DNA of 64,000 nucleotides from Enoplolaimus lenunculus (taxonomy: Eukaryota), in the NCBI GenBank assembly GCA_030248215.1, contig JASANG010003711.1:186001-250000 (forward strand), given 5' to 3'. Shown here piece by piece: positions 1 to 14,659 of this stretch (its first letter is position 1; every line of letters begins with the position of its first letter). The notes below the pieces were generated by a model. The model did no database searches and had not been told where the DNA came from. It saw only the letters and a list, made by a program, of their open reading frames with translations. Made by a program: the position numbers and the translations under genes.

Positions 1-137
1 TCATCACCGCTTGTCGAACTGTACAATACATTACTTCCGTGTTGCGGATCACTACGATATCCTCCGTGAAAAGAGTGTTCAAACGCAGAAGGAGGCTGTC
101 CACCGACAGGTGGCGAAAATGACGAATCAGATTGCAT
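1..137 (-). CDS. Possible coding segment of a minus-strand gene truncated by the window edge (MQSDSSFSPPVGGQPPSAFEHSFHGGYRSDPQHGSNVLYSSTSGD...)
   Basis: 45 open codons from ATG at 137 to the window start, with higher GC than the flanks. No recognisable domain. Confidence 0.3.
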   Translation of the reverse strand, partial: MQSDSSFSPPVGGQPPSAFEHSFHGGYRSDPQHGSNVLYSSTSGD

Positions 138-3100
138 TAAATAGGTATATATATAACGTTAGTGGCAGCGTTTACTATCCAACTTTTTTGTACATCGTAT
201 AAATGAAACGTGTAAATATAGCAGGTTCATTATATATAAGCAGTATAACACCATCCGGCGAATTAACTCAATAAATACTCCAAATTTGCTATATTTGATA
301 AGTTTAGTCTAAAAACAACTTGATTTTACGATAATGGTTGATTTAAAACGGTTCCCATTAAGTGTAAGACATTGTACTTTCGAAATTCATTATTCAAAAG
401 ATATATTACGACGCAGTTTTTGATTACATGTAAATATGTCGTCAACGCTCAATCCCAACCTATACATGAATTAATTCCTGCTACGCGCGAAGCGACAAAC
501 TTGAGCCCGACTTCCTGCAATACATTCTCCAACAACTGTAGCATACAGTCTATCACTTTCCCACGATATTCCACAACCAATGGCCATAAATTTAAATCAA
601 AATAGCATTATCAACTTTCAAATATCTCTTCTCCGGACCCAAAGGACACGCAAGGTACCCACATCACATAACTAGCCAATCCCATTATACATGAACATAT
701 AACCAGAAGCACATACTATACGAATATGGACATTCTATATGCCATCTTCTAGGTTTTGTTCTGAAATTTGATAGCAACCAAACCTTGGTGGGTGCTTAAA
801 TTGGCGTGTATATAAATATATATGTAGAACAGGCGCATCTAAAACTGAAGACAACAAAAGAAATTGATTTTAATTCACTATGAATGGATCAGATAAGGGG
901 CGTTGTCACGATTTTTCTTCGGATGGGTATATATATAGTTTATAAAAGAAAGTTTTCTAACCTCTACGATACAGAAGGTTATTCTAAAGCCTGTTAAAAG
1001 TACTTTTTTTTCTTGTCTCTAGCAATTTCGGTAGGGATATCCCTTTTATCTCTAAGCTTGTATACGCTTTTGGACCAAATAAATAGTTGCATAATAGATT
1101 TTTGAATTAGCCTAATCCAGTGCAAATGTCATAAGCTACGTATGATAAAACGTTCTGGTTAAAAACATTTACGCACGCTGAGCTAGATTCCAATATAAAA
1201 ATTCTCCCCAAACGACAAACTAATGCTGTTTATCCGTTAATGGCAGCACTTTACTTTGTATATACGCACTTATATAAACATCTCGCAGTCTCCCTTGTTG
1301 ACCTATTTGAAACGCACCAACCTAAAAAACTGTTAAGCCCGCGGAAACAATACTAAACGCTAAACAACACCGTATACTGGCTTGACATTAGCGTGATACC
1401 CTTTAAAAGCCTTCGGTAAAACTTGCCGTGTCGCAGCAATCCGACCTCAAAATTGCCAAAACATCTAAAGTCAAACAACAGATGCCATTGCCTTATCGGA
1501 CTTGCTTTAGCAAAAACCAAAACCCAATACGCTTTCTAGAAACAACCGTGTGTACACAAACACGTGCACGATAATCCTGGTCAGCAAAACGCATGGGGCA
1601 ATGCAAGCCAAACGCGAGCCAGATTACGACCGAAACAACAACAACAACAACATGTCACCTAACTCGAAACAACATAAGCTATATAATTGTAGTTTTGAGT
1701 CACAACTCAAAGACAAACGCTAAAGGAATTCTAGCGCATAAAACAAGGCGCTTCCAGTTTAACCCTAACCGCGTCGCTCGCTAGCAGAGGCGTACACAAA
1801 GGGGAAATGGCGCAAACAACCCCACCAAAAGTTGGTATAGAATCAAGTAGGCACTTTCTCTGTGTCCGTTTTTAACGTAACCCGCTAGATCCGTTATTTA
1901 TTTCGCCCACTGGTAAAACATAAAGTTACACCCTACCGAAATGAAATCATGGCTACACTCCTGGTTGCTAGTAGTATTACAATAAATCGATAAGCAACTC
2001 TCACACAAACATACTTACTCACATACGTGTATGCCTACGGTTAATAGTTATGGCGGCGTAGCCACAGGGGTAAACGTCAAAGTCTCAGTCATTTTTATAG
2101 TCTCATAGTCATTTTTATCCGAGGTGTTTAGTAACTGTTTCAGTTGGTTACAAGAAAATCCCATTCAAACCTTTTAGAAAACAAACACCCTTTCAAAAAT
2201 CCTGGCTGGCTTACGCCCTCTGTATGTATAAACGCATACGCTTAACATTCGCATATGTATTATCTACATATTACCCACATAGAAGTAAGTATACACATAA
2301 CATACATATAAACATAAAACACCACAGCTGCCAGTATTAACCACTAACTATGCTCAAATAATAAATACAAACACAACAACACATCAACGATGCTTATAAT
2401 TCGTGCTTTGGCTGCAATCAAGACCGGAACATGACATTGCTTCGCATTTAGCCATTACACATTACTACACCGAGCACTTAAGAGTGTAGCCAGGAGGCAA
2501 TATCCTTTAGGGGTTGAAACTCGCTTTTGAATTTTGTCCAGGCTTTTCAGAAGCGTTTTCAATTGGCAATATAAAAAAACCCCGCCAACAAGCCCTCGTG
2601 TCCAAATGTCCGGCTCAGCGAACACAACGTTTTCCACACAACATGTTATTAATCACTGAAAGATCGAACATATAGGTACGTTGAATACTTAAGAAATCGA
2701 CGACCTCACTAAAAAGTGTTACAATAATAGGAGGTTTCGCAACCGTATTTAAAACCACATAGAGCACGCCAATAAGAACATTTAAAAGATTCAGGCCAGT
2801 GCTGACAAATACCACTCGAATATTTAACTCCTGCAATTGGCGTCCGGTATTTATACTGGTTGGAACCAGTACCGGATGTCGATTTTCGTCTGGATGTTAA
2901 GCTGGAACAAGATAACCAATAGCATCGAGTAGTCTATATTGCATTAGCATTCTTGTTTAAATGAAATACAATCAAAAGTAGGCATTGACACACAACTCAT
3001 GCTCTCCACCGAGCACTGAGCGCGCTGAGCTTAAGTGAGCCACGATTATCAAGCAAGAACGCACTCACCTGCAACAACTACGTTCTAGCGATGCCGCGGG

Positions 3101-6100
3101 CCGGGGCCTGGCTGACCATGCCTTGACTTGCCGAGGCCTAATCGGGGCCAAGTTTTATACACAATAGTTACAGGACACGATACGTAGGATGAGATGTAAA
3201 ACGAATTTTCTTCCAATTTCAAACAATACAACGTTTCTTACATTATTATTCTAATCGAAACTAAAATTTCAAGCGAACAGAAATTCACGGGAAAGGTAAT
3301 ACATTACGTACCTTTATAGTATTTCACCATAAAAATTATAACCATTAAAAATAACCCAGCTGAAAAGCCATAAAACAATTACACACTGCCTAGCCGCCCA
3401 ACTCGCAAATTTCCGCAATTAGATTGCACAACCATCTATGTAAATCTCGATAGAAATCATATACACATTGATGACTTGATTGCGCGGCGCCGTTTCAAAC
3501 AATGGGGTTTATAAATCACATCATTTTGTTTTTCAATTACAGAAACTCTATGACAAATTTGTGTGGTGCGGAAAACCTTTCCATGAAACAAAAAGCGAAA
3601 ATCGCGAAGAAATAACGCTCCAATTAGCCGGCGAGGCATCTAAACCATAGAATTACACAAATTTACTTATCAAAATGAATCTTCCGATTCTTGTGGCCGT
3701 GCTAAAAATGCTGCCCTGGCAAAATATGCAATAAATGTACGTACGGATAACCAGGGATTTTACGGGCAAAACAAGGCTCATTTGCTCGGAAAACGTATGT
3801 TGTTGGACTCACAGAAAAAATTTGCACAACATCAATGCGCAATCGTTATTGAAAGTTTTATCTCAAATAGTCAAAAGTAAGCTGAACAACTTTTCGACAG
3901 GTTGGCTACATGAAATTTTTATAGTTCATCGAATTTTTCTAGTATATACGCCAAGTGCTAATTTAGTCCAAAATTCTACACAGTCCGTATATCAAAGTCT
4001 CGTGAAGATAGAATAATTGCGTAAAAGTATAAAAATCCACATAAGAACCGCTAAACTGAAATGATATTCACTTGTGTGGGGGGAACTAAACAAATAAGCT
4101 TTCGTTATATACAACTGCCACTTTCATGGGGCAGATAAGCGCAGTCTTTCGTGGGGGGCAGCTCGCCTCGACTCCATCTCCGCTACACCGCCAAGTTTTT
4201 GTCTGCATCATTTAGGCTTAACAAATAACCAATAGCAAGGGCTGATAGGGTACGCTCAAAAACAAGTCAGCAACTATTTGTTGCTTAGCGCATGTCCAGT
4301 TTCGGTACCTTAGAAAGAAAACACCGTTCAATCAAAATTCTACCAATATTTTAATTGATGAAGCAAACAAACTTGTTCACTATTTACCACAGACAGTTCT
4401 TTAAATAAATACAAACTTGCAAGAACGAGAGCGTATATATGATACGTATACGAATACAGCAAATATGTTCAGAAACTGCTAAGTCAAAAAAATTCTTTTG
4501 TATATTTTAAGATATCTATCTACATAGCTGCGGCTGACTAAGCAAAAACGACAAACGATATTGACGACTGTATCAAAACTACGAGCGTACCTACACAGCG
4601 TAACATTATAGTTTTTGAACCACTTACGCGATTTTTAGAATTCAAATGTAACGCAAAATCTTGGTGACAATGATGGTGGCACTTAAAAAGATCTGATACA
4701 CACAATTTTACCTGCTCAAACAAAAAGCGACTACAAGATACATTGGCGGATCTAGAATTTTTCGCCGTGGATCTGAAGATGACCGAGCACACCCATAACG
4801 ACAAAACGCTCCCAAAACTTTGCAAACGATGCGAGCAAGAAGCCAGCCTTTAGCACGAGGTAAGGCATGTCGACTCGAACGCCGAGTTATATCGGTTACT
4901 CTTTGGATAAACATGCGTGTATAGTACGAAAATCGATGAAACAGCAGCCAAAGATTTTGTTTCTCTTTCTATGCTCCGTACTGCGCTAAACGCAGTAAAA
5001 CGAATAAAGGTGGGAGTATACCGAAAGCGGAACTACAAATTTTGTGAGTATACGGATAACTTGTATTAACAAGTATACATAATATTGATTAGGGTGTCTG
5101 TTGGTTGGCTGGTAACAATTCTCAAAAACGTCGCATCAACAAATTTGCAATCATGTTTTATTTTTTGGTTCTGTAAAGCTAAACAACGATCCATTATTGA
5201 TAACTTAACTACTAATCGAAAGCAATTCAATAGATAAATAATGCCGAATTTTTATGCAACATATTACACGTCGGCCTAAAATTAAAATGTCAAAATTTCG
5301 ATTCCGATTGATTGCGCAACCGGAATCGGAACTCATTTTGAATCGTAATTTTAACCGGAATCGGAATTCTGATTGCACCTTGCTGTTAGAAACTTGTTTA
5401 CTTCCCTCCCCCCGCTCCACCCAACACTAAAAAACTAATATCCGTATGCGGTTCTAGTATAAAGCTACCGGATATCGGACATTTACGGCTCCGATTCCAA
5501 ATATCATAAAACTGTCTTAACAGTGGACATATTTAACATCTTGATACAATTGCATTTCCGGGATAGTCAAGAAGTTTATGTTTCCCACACTGAAGTGCAA
5601 AAAAAACAAAAAAATCAAAGGCTAACACTAAATTTAAATATATGCAGTAAACGTATACTTTTGCCTTTGCGTGACTCAAATAATTTCATACACTACACAA
5701 ACTTAGATGTCATAACCATTGCGGTCAATATCCGGTTCCAGTAAAAATTCACTATCTGGCTCCGATATCCGGTAGATTAATATCCGATCGCACCCTCGTC
5801 TTGTCATTGTGATTTCTAGTAGAGACGGAAATGGGTTGCGTTACCATTACCCATGTGACCCACGACAAAATAAAGGTTTGTACGATGGGAGTAATAATCA
5901 TGATAATAAGACCTGCAAGCAAACAATATGAAACAGGAAAATAAACGACTGACAGTCCTTCACAGTAACAGTTCTACGACACGCAACCAGTAAAACAATG
6001 CGCTTGTAAAATTAACTAAGTATATAACAAAGTAAATAATTGCGGATCAAAGCTAAACCCGTGGCAAATAACTCATCACAATTCCGAAATTTTGGACGTA

Positions 6101-6275
6101 TGATCCATTTCGGACATATGATTCATTTCTAACTTTGATTTGTAGTATATACTCAAATGGTCATGGCGTGCAAAGGAATCAAGCTGACATTTCTTTGAAG
6201 GAACGGAAAAGGTATGACCACGCATCTGTTCATCACCAGAACATGACTTAACGACACACTGGGTCTGACGGGAAC

Positions 6276-6707
6276 CAGGGATTGGCGCCTGGCGGTCTCT
6301 GTTAAAAACCGAGACCTAACTACCGCGACCGGCCAAGAAAACTGTCGGTCTCGGTCAAGTTTTGAACATCACCGAAAAACATTAAAACTTTCAAATAAAC
6401 TATTTCTAGTGCTTTTTTTCGTAGTTTTTTGTGTTTTTATAGTTTTTTTTGTATTTTTCATAGTTTTTTAATGTTATTTCAGAATATCTGCTCGTAATTA
6501 TTGCGTAACTATGAAATTTCATAATTTCACAGAAAAAATTTTCATCAGCCACCATACCACTTTCTTCACCAATCAGTCATACATTTACTGAATCCTCGAT
6601 TTCTGGTCTCGATTCCAAACCACCGAGACTCAAAAAATGCGAGACCGTGACCGAGACCTGCCAAATACCAAGACTTACCGAGTCCGAGACCAATACTCCC
6701 ATCCCTG
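6276..6707. mobile_element. hAT-like MITE
   Basis: CAGGGAT...ATCCCTG termini, subterminal (C)GAGACC repeats, 8-bp TSD ACGGGAAC/ATGGGAAC (7/8). Confidence 0.8.
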
Positions 6708-7288
6708 ATGGGAACTGTCAGAAAATACCCTTGAAGCATATGCGGTGTGTTAGACAGCTGGCGAATGTTGTTTATTCGAACAATTCACGCTATCATGATC
6801 GCGTTAAGATTAAGAAGTCCTGCCAGTTCAACAACAAACGTTCTCAGATCATCGCATTGTTTCTCAGTCCTCACAAAACTTTAACAGCCTGCTTTTCCCA
6901 ACATCTTTTCAACGCCGAGGCTCTCGATAACAACCCCTTACCAACTAATTTACTATAGAAGTCTTTGTCCAAGGAAAACCTTAATGACATTTGTGAGGAA
7001 CAATTCTTTGGGGGAAGGTAAATAAGTGCCTTAAGGTGACCACTTTAGTGTGAATAAAAATCGTTCAATGTTAACTAAAATCGCCTTGTCTCCTGTATAT
7101 TTACCCAGTTTTAAAAATAATAAAGCTTACGCTCAGGCATAGGCTTAGGCGTGAGTAATTTGTTCCAAAAGCAAAGCGTGAGTTTGAGCGTTTTCATTAC
7201 TAACCCATTAACAGAAACAACAGTTGCAAACAAAATCCAACGATTAATTAAAAAAACCATGTAAATGTACAATATACACACTGCTTAC

Positions 7289-7393
7289 TTTGCGTGGAAC
7301 GGGTGCAGGCTGGTCAGTGGTTGCTGATTTCCCAGGTGTATGCTGCGATATTTCTTGCGATGTGACTTGTTTTTCCGGAGCTGTTTCCATCAT
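7289..7393 (-). CDS. Probable first coding exon of a minus-strand gene (MMETAPEKQVTSQEISQHTPGKSATTDQPAPVPRK)
   Basis: AAAATGATG start context, 35 open codons, phase-0 donor AAA|GTAAGC, and a local break in the intronic composition skew. Confidence 0.5.
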
Positions 7394-8870
7394 TTTGTAC
7401 GTACTGTTTGTTGGTCTATTAAGTTGTCTCCAAATTCCGATTAAAAATCAACAAAGTTGTAGTGTACTGTAGCAGTTTAGGAATAATAAATATATATTGC
7501 AGTAATTGCGCAGTGTTTACAAATACGCTATTGCATTTTAACGAAAGCGTTGTTAAGATACGTAGCTTAACGTACCACAATGATTATATTGATTAACATT
7601 ATTAAACAAGATTACATTTGTACTCACATACGTATATACGCCTGAAAAACATTAAAATTTGCTCAGAACGTAGATTAAAGTTGAAAGGTGCACATACGGT
7701 GACCTACAAATCGAGAAAGACCTCTGGACAGGACTTGGTTAGTGGCAATCACCATACCATCGTATAACAAAATTTGTCTTTTCCGTATATTTTTGCCTAA
7801 AATGGTTGGCGACTTTTTGAAAAGTTCGATTTTTACGGTTCCGAGTCCCTCCTTGGGACTAAAAAATTTGTCAATTAGTACAATTATATATCATTCGACA
7901 CAACTTGCAAAGCTTGGTGCGCTGACAGCGATTCGGGAAAATGCCAAATCAGTCAATTGAAAACTCGTTCGTTAGCCAATCGTCTGTTTGGGGAAAATTC
8001 AACGCAGTCATATGATACCAACGTAAACATTTTGTCTAACTTTTTCACAAGAAAAATAAACTCGAGGTCATGAAACTGTCAAATATACACAAGTTTTTGA
8101 ATTCTAATCATTTTTGAACAAACGCCGGCTGGGGAGATAACGGAAAACACACGACAAAATTTATTCGCAGTACTGCAACTTACACAAAAACAAAATCATG
8201 CAAATACCGAAACACAAATGTACGACACTCTTTCGAAGACTAATTTGTAGGCCTGGTGCAAAAGATGATATTGATGTACCTAACTATACATCACTATCCC
8301 TCACTCTAATATATATACGTATTGTTTCATTCGAAATTATCAAATTTCGTATTGTTTGATTTCACCGTGAAACAGTGCGGTCTTCGTTTTCGCTTCAACA
8401 TAATTACGACACCAAGTATATATCCATTAGGAGCTATTTTAACCTCGAAGGCGTAAACATCTGAACTTAGTTACACTACAGACACTCAGCAACAATAAAA
8501 AACGAGGTACACCGACACATCAAGCACCATTACATCTTAGTATGGCGCTACACTACACATAACATCCGGTGGCGTCCGTCATTGTGCGTCACCTTGCGGA
8601 ATGGTACGCGAACTACTCACGTACGATACCGCATGGCGACGGACGGCACCGCACAAGTATAGCGCTACTCTTAGTAGAAAACAACCCCTAATCATAATCA
8701 TTACTAAACCCCTAAACATTGCTAGCGGATAACGCAAATATAATCAGAATACAGTCAATCGCTTCGTATTTCCCTTCTATTTGTCCAGCAAAACACCGCG
8801 CAAACGCGCAGTCCCAAACGATTTTCCAAACAAACAGATGATTAAAACCGCCCCTCCCAATCAGGCAACA

Positions 8871-8956
8871 TTTCATTTCATTTCATACAATTTCAATTCC
8901 CCAAAACCCATTCTTTCATTTCATTTCATACAATTTCAATTCCCCAAAACCCATTC
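8871..8956. repeat. Perfect 43-bp tandem duplication
   Basis: TTTCATTTCATTTCATACAATTTCAATTCCCCAAAACCCATTC occurs twice head to tail. Confidence 0.9.
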
Positions 8957-9410
8957 TAGACAATCCAGCGAGAACCATGACAGTATGCTGCGCTTGGTAC
9001 ACGTATATATACGAGCAAACGAGAAAACACAGAATTGTCCGACAACCGACACATATTCGACCAAACGACTAACGGATGCAACGGAAAGCACCCCGCAATG
9101 GCTGCGCCCTTCAACAAAAATCAAAATCAAGATTTTTTTTATTAAGGCGTAGCTTTAAAATGGTGTTGTTCTTTTTGCTCGCATATTTTTCTACCACTTA
9201 TTATACGTATCCGTGCGGCCCCTTTTAAGAAATTTCCGCATCCGCCACGGCTCCAAACAATAATGGTAATTGAATTCAATCGCTTTGATAGGAATATCAG
9301 ATTCAATGCGTAAACATATATATACGTATATAATGTTTCAGTGAATTAATGGAAGCACTTTTTATTTTGTTGTGTTGTAAACGCAGCCAAAGACAATAAC
9401 TGTTTGTAAA

Positions 9411-9658
9411 GCCGCATTCACACACGTGCAAGTTTTTGCAGCGAGAACTCGCAGCTGCAACTTACACGAAATATTTGCAACTACAAGAAATTCAAGCGAC
9501 TTGCAACTGCGTTACCAGGTGCTAATTAAATTCAATAGCATGAGTTCCATTGAATAATTTTGCATCTTCAAGAACTTCAAAGCTGCTTTGCGACCAAACT
9601 TGCACATGCAAGTTGCACGTGCAACTTTTTTCTGCAAACACTTGTACGTGAGAATGGC
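9411..9658. mobile_element. Tourist/PIF-Harbinger-like MITE
   Basis: Imperfect ~30-bp TIRs (GCCGCATTCACACACGTGCAAGTTTTTGCAG / CTGCAAACACTTGTACGTGAGAATGGC) and internal TTGCA repeats. Confidence 0.55.
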
Positions 9659-10364
9659 TCAAATCAACTTAAGTTTTTATTACATAACAGCAGATAAAAG
9701 CTGAAATTTTTAGTTTTTAATATATCAACCATCCCTCAGTCAAATGAATGTCACAACTCCAATATCTGCCTCAAAAACATCACATTTCACAACTTGCATT
9801 ACGTATATACATGTTTACTCAGTCCAAAGGCCATGTTCATTACTCAAAACCAACTACGAAGCCATATGCAGCCGAGTGTGCAATATAGACACTAAAAACC
9901 AAAACCTAGTTTTATCAAATTCTCACAAAAAATAAGAACCACCAAGAAACAAGAGAAACAGATCGGTCTGCCATCGTATGATCACAATTTAAGCGGGATA
10001 AAACAAAAAGACAAGCAACGAACGAAACCATTCAATTTGAGAGACAACATACACGTACGTATTTTGTTGTCTATGACAGAATCCCATTGTTTTAAAAGCA
10101 AAGCTGTAAGTATACTATAAAAACCGCACTGAACAAGAAACTGGGCACCACTACACAGACATCCGCAAAAAGACAAAAACTATACGTTGGTTCTATAAAT
10201 ACGTACACGTACACACAAACTCGCGTCGGTACAACAAACTGGAAGCAATCGCTACCAAAGCAGAACACAGTAGCTACAAATGTGTACACTTCCAGCTTAG
10301 TTCTGGGACGTAGTAGCAAGCCTTATCATATTCCATCGTAACACAGAACATATACACCATTTAC

Positions 10365-10581
10365 TTTCCTTCTGAGTTGCATTTCTTTCTGACCCCACGC
10401 CTCACATTAAGTAGACTGGGAGCGCCAGAAATATATACTAGTCGGGTAGAACACAAGTTGCACTGTTGTACTGGATTTCCGGCAGAACGGGTTTCAAACA
10501 AAACTGGTAGTACGACGCGTCGTACCCAAATGGAGCTTTTACCATAATTTCTATTCCGAACGCAACAGGCCATGGATGAAT
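10365..10581 (-). CDS. Candidate alternative exon (MACCVRNRNYGK...KCNSEG)
   Basis: Acceptor TTTCTATAG|, one open frame, donor AA|GTAAAT. No homology recognised. Confidence 0.25.
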
Positions 10582-11526
10582 CTATAGAAACGAGTAACAG
10601 TGTATATGCATATATCTGTATGGTGAATGTTTATATGTACTCAGGGGAGAATAACGTAAAATAATTTTATATATGTCGTATGCCAATCTGCGATCCAGGA
10701 AAATTACTAATCGGCTTATGCCAAACTGCTATTTTGCGTAATATCAATTTGGCCAAGGATCAACTGCTATTAAAGATACATATCAATCAGATTTGATTAA
10801 TTGAACAAGCGCAGTACCGTTAAACCAATCAGCGTTGGTTTTACGTTATTGATGTTTTGCGACATCTTATAACCGCTATTTAGCCTAGGCCAATCTGTTA
10901 TTTGCTCAGAATAACAGATTGGAATACGCCAATTGGTAATTAGCCTTAATAGCAGATTGGCCAACAACATATACATCACACATCTATATCAAACTTCGCT
11001 GGTATTCTCACAGTATTTTATAGAAATGTTCCGCTCAATCAGCACCGACAATAATCGGCAATTTTCATGAGTATCGGTATAAATTGCAAAAAACATTGCC
11101 AACTCATTACCGATATTTTTGCCACTCAGCAGTGTGCTAAAATGTTGTCAATTTCACTTACTGGCGTATAATAGAGTATATATCTGATTCTGAAATTGAA
11201 AGCTACTTAACTATCATAACAAGCGAGGTTATTACGTATATATCCAAAAATGTAACACATGATGTTGAAGTAAAAATTGCATTGGCATTGGATCGGCATA
11301 TTTGCAAACAGGGTGACTCTAACTGACGCTAATAAACGAAAAGCTAATTAAATTTCATGTTTCAAGCGTTTAATGTTGACAAAACCGATAGTTCACAACA
11401 AAATACACTTTGTTGTGATCATTAGCACAAATGCTAATTAGCGAATCGCTTATGAATTTGCATAAAAGTGTCAAACGGCAGATCAATCAGTGGCAAACTT
11501 CACAATTATCCGTTGTTGAGATATAC

Positions 11527-12144
11527 AAACCAGTCGTAGTGGGACTACATTTATTGAGCGAACCTCGAACACACGTAAGCAATTAAGGTAATATGCAAAT
11601 TAGTTATTAGCTAACTATTAATTTATCGGTTTTGGAGGTTTGTAAGCAATTTATTCAGATTCCTCGCGCCCAAAAACCATTTATGGCTGAAATTATATTG
11701 CTTTTAACCTGAATAATTAGTGAAATATTGTAAAAAATTCTAATTTAGACTTACAACCTATGCTAATATGCAAATTATATATTAGCTAACTGCGCAATCA
11801 TCGGTTTTGCAGGTTTCTGAACAGTCTACGCAGATTCCTCGCATCCGAAAACCTTTAGTTGTAAAATTAGATTGCTTCTAACTGTAATAATTAGTGAAAT
11901 ATTGTGGAAAGTCCAAATTTACGCTTAATTAATTATGCAAATTAGCCTGTAGCTAATAAACGGCTTAAAATTTTACAACCCCAATGCGAGGTTAACACCC
12001 CAGGATAATTGGCTTTCAAACAAAAGAATTCTTTTCGGACGGACAGACGGACGGACGGAAATCCACCTTTCGACCCCCAAGTACAAAACATAAAACGCTT
12101 CGCGAAACTCCGAGCTTCGCTCGGAGTTTCGCTTCGCTCTATAA
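11527..12144 (-). mobile_element. DINE-1/HINE-like non-autonomous Helentron-type element
   Basis: 5' subterminal IR plus hairpin, (GTCY)n microsatellite, internal tandem subrepeats, 3' inverted subTIR and GTAGTCCCACTAC stem-loop. A second copy lies at 57054-57681. Confidence 0.75.
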
Positions 12145-14480
12145 ATTTTTCAATTTTCAAATTATCAAAACCATTTTATAGCAAAAATTAGACTTGTAAA
12201 CCTTATAATTCGTACGGATTTGCTGACAGCTATATACGAACAAACGTCTTGAATCGAAAGTACCCAACTGGGTACGTAATAAACAATAGTTCCAATTACA
12301 AACTCAGTTTTGCAGTAGGGCACGACATTATATACTGCTGCTCTGGTAATAAAACCACGATTACAGTTAAACTGGACATTCCGTTCGAACTCACATGTTG
12401 ACCCTGATTTACCCGCAGGTACCAGAATTTTTACCATTACCGATTCTTATTTTCAAATTTTGCCGACTCGATACCAATTTTAATATGTGAGATGGCGAAA
12501 ACTTAAAACCTAGCAAACCGCTACGAACGCAAGTGAAATTAGTTGAAAGCACTACAACCCACTGCTGCAAAAACTATATATTGGTAAAAAGCACCAGTAA
12601 TTTTTACTGCATTATATAAATCACGGAAACCTGCTTTTAACGCCAAGTATCTCTATACCCGTCAAAACTTCAAAAGAGAACCTAAAAACATGTTTTAACT
12701 ATATATCTAATAAACACTGATTAGGTATGACGGCTGCATTGCATGTCTGGAAATAGTATAAAGGTTGACAGGAACGAAATAATTTTAATTTTGCCCGTTA
12801 TTTGCTGCTTTTCTTCGCAGGCGTACTAGCGACGGCAAAAAGTTTCCCTCTCGCCACAATTTCGTTTTCATGGGGCTACTGCACCCTGAACCCCATGCGC
12901 TAAGAAAGAATACTGAGCAGGATGGGGGGCTGCCACCCCAAGCCCCCCGCATTACGCGCTTCTCATACTAACGCGCCAAAACAGTGCTAAACTATTTCAG
13001 TAATTTTCATGCACGGCCAATTTTCTAGAGATATACTGTGATATTTTGATACACACCTACACATTTCTTACGTACTTACGGGCTCTTGCACATTTCAACC
13101 CACATATAAAGTTACGGTTCAGGAAAAAGTTTAGGCAAAGGCTTAAGCATAGGTAAGTCTTCATTCCTTAGCTTAAGCCTAAGCGTAGTAAACGTAGTAT
13201 ATATGTTTATAAATTAACGCAAACAGTGAAGAACTTGAACATAAATTAAGTGACACAATATCAACCAAATCAGTTCCGATCTGCTTGATTAGAAACGTTG
13301 CTGCACCAGGGTAACATAAAAATTTTTTCCTTATCACCAAACCATACCATAACCAACAAGCCCATACCTAAAATCTAATCGTCATGAATCCCCAACAAAC
13401 TTTAAACTTTCTAAATGCTAATGTAAAGCCGTCTCAGTGAAATATCAACCATGAAACACACACGACACAAAAAAAAGCCGTGCGTTCGAACGAAACCACG
13501 CTGTATTAGTCAATACTAAAGACATAATACAACAATGTGAACCTACGATCTCACATACTATATATATATATGTTTGCTTCTTCTATGAAACTGCTAAAGT
13601 TAGCATGAATCCGCTACTCGTATTTCAATCACTTAGGCAGCTTATCTTGACTACACAGAACACTTCTAAACAGCTACAAAATACATATATACATAGAGTC
13701 ACTAGATTCAGAAAACCTTAACCTATATATCGTTATGTACATGCTTTTAGTCTTCTTTCACACAATACAAAACACTAAACATACGCATGAGAGAGTAGCC
13801 AGGAAGGATAGTGTGGTCAGCCCTCGTAGTGGTTTTTAGCAAGGAGTTTCTGGAAAATTTTTCAGACGTATACATAACGTATATTGCCACCTTCGCTAAA
13901 AATTAACTTAGAACAGAAAAAACATTGGTCAAAAAATAAACACACATTCATTGAAAAGACTATAAAACCAAACAAGAATATGAATAGCAACGTGTTTAGT
14001 CAATGCTCGCAGCCTATACGCATGTGACGAAAGTTTAGGAAATTTAGTCAAAACACAAAAGAACCACAAATTTTCATCTGTTTTCAAACGTCAGTACGTC
14101 AATCTATGAAGAATCGTGTAAAAAATTCGTTAAAATAAACGTAATAGCTCTAATTACAAACTGCAGCCTACGTGCTCATTTTAACGAATAGATTGCCTAA
14201 ATTCACTAAAAATGAACAGACGTTGCATGTCAGCATCATGTTTTATTGCTGAGATGATCAAAATAAAAACGTTTCAAGAAGCTATAATGCATTTTTATGA
14301 ATTTTAGCGTGTTTAAATAAGAACGGGTGCAAGAAATATTATTATTACGTACAGGCACCTTTAAAACACGAAATGGGCTAACACACCGACACCAATAAAT
14401 GCCGCGGTTCACCTGCATCTGTCACCAAAATTAAAGATGTGCTGATACCAGGGTGCAAACTAAATTCCGGTTATCGTTCC

Positions 14481-14659
14481 AACGTGTTTTCACCTCCCGC
14501 TTCCGGTAAATTTTTACCAGAATAAAAAATTCCCGCATTAAATTTTGCTTAGTGAAAATTAAAAATTTTAACGTGTTTTCACCTCCCGCTTCCGGTAAAT
14601 TTTTTACCAGAATAAAAAATTCCCGCATTAAATTTTGCTCAGTGAAAATTAAACATTTT
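14481..14659. repeat. ~89-bp near-perfect tandem duplication inside a CAGGGTGCAA-type MITE remnant
   Basis: AACGTGTTTTCACCTCCCGCTTCCGG... starts at 14481 and again at 14570. Confidence 0.9.

Noticed and set aside
2455..2836. Two overlapping minus-strand ORFs
   Set aside because: They are in different frames with no convincing donor and no recognisable homology.
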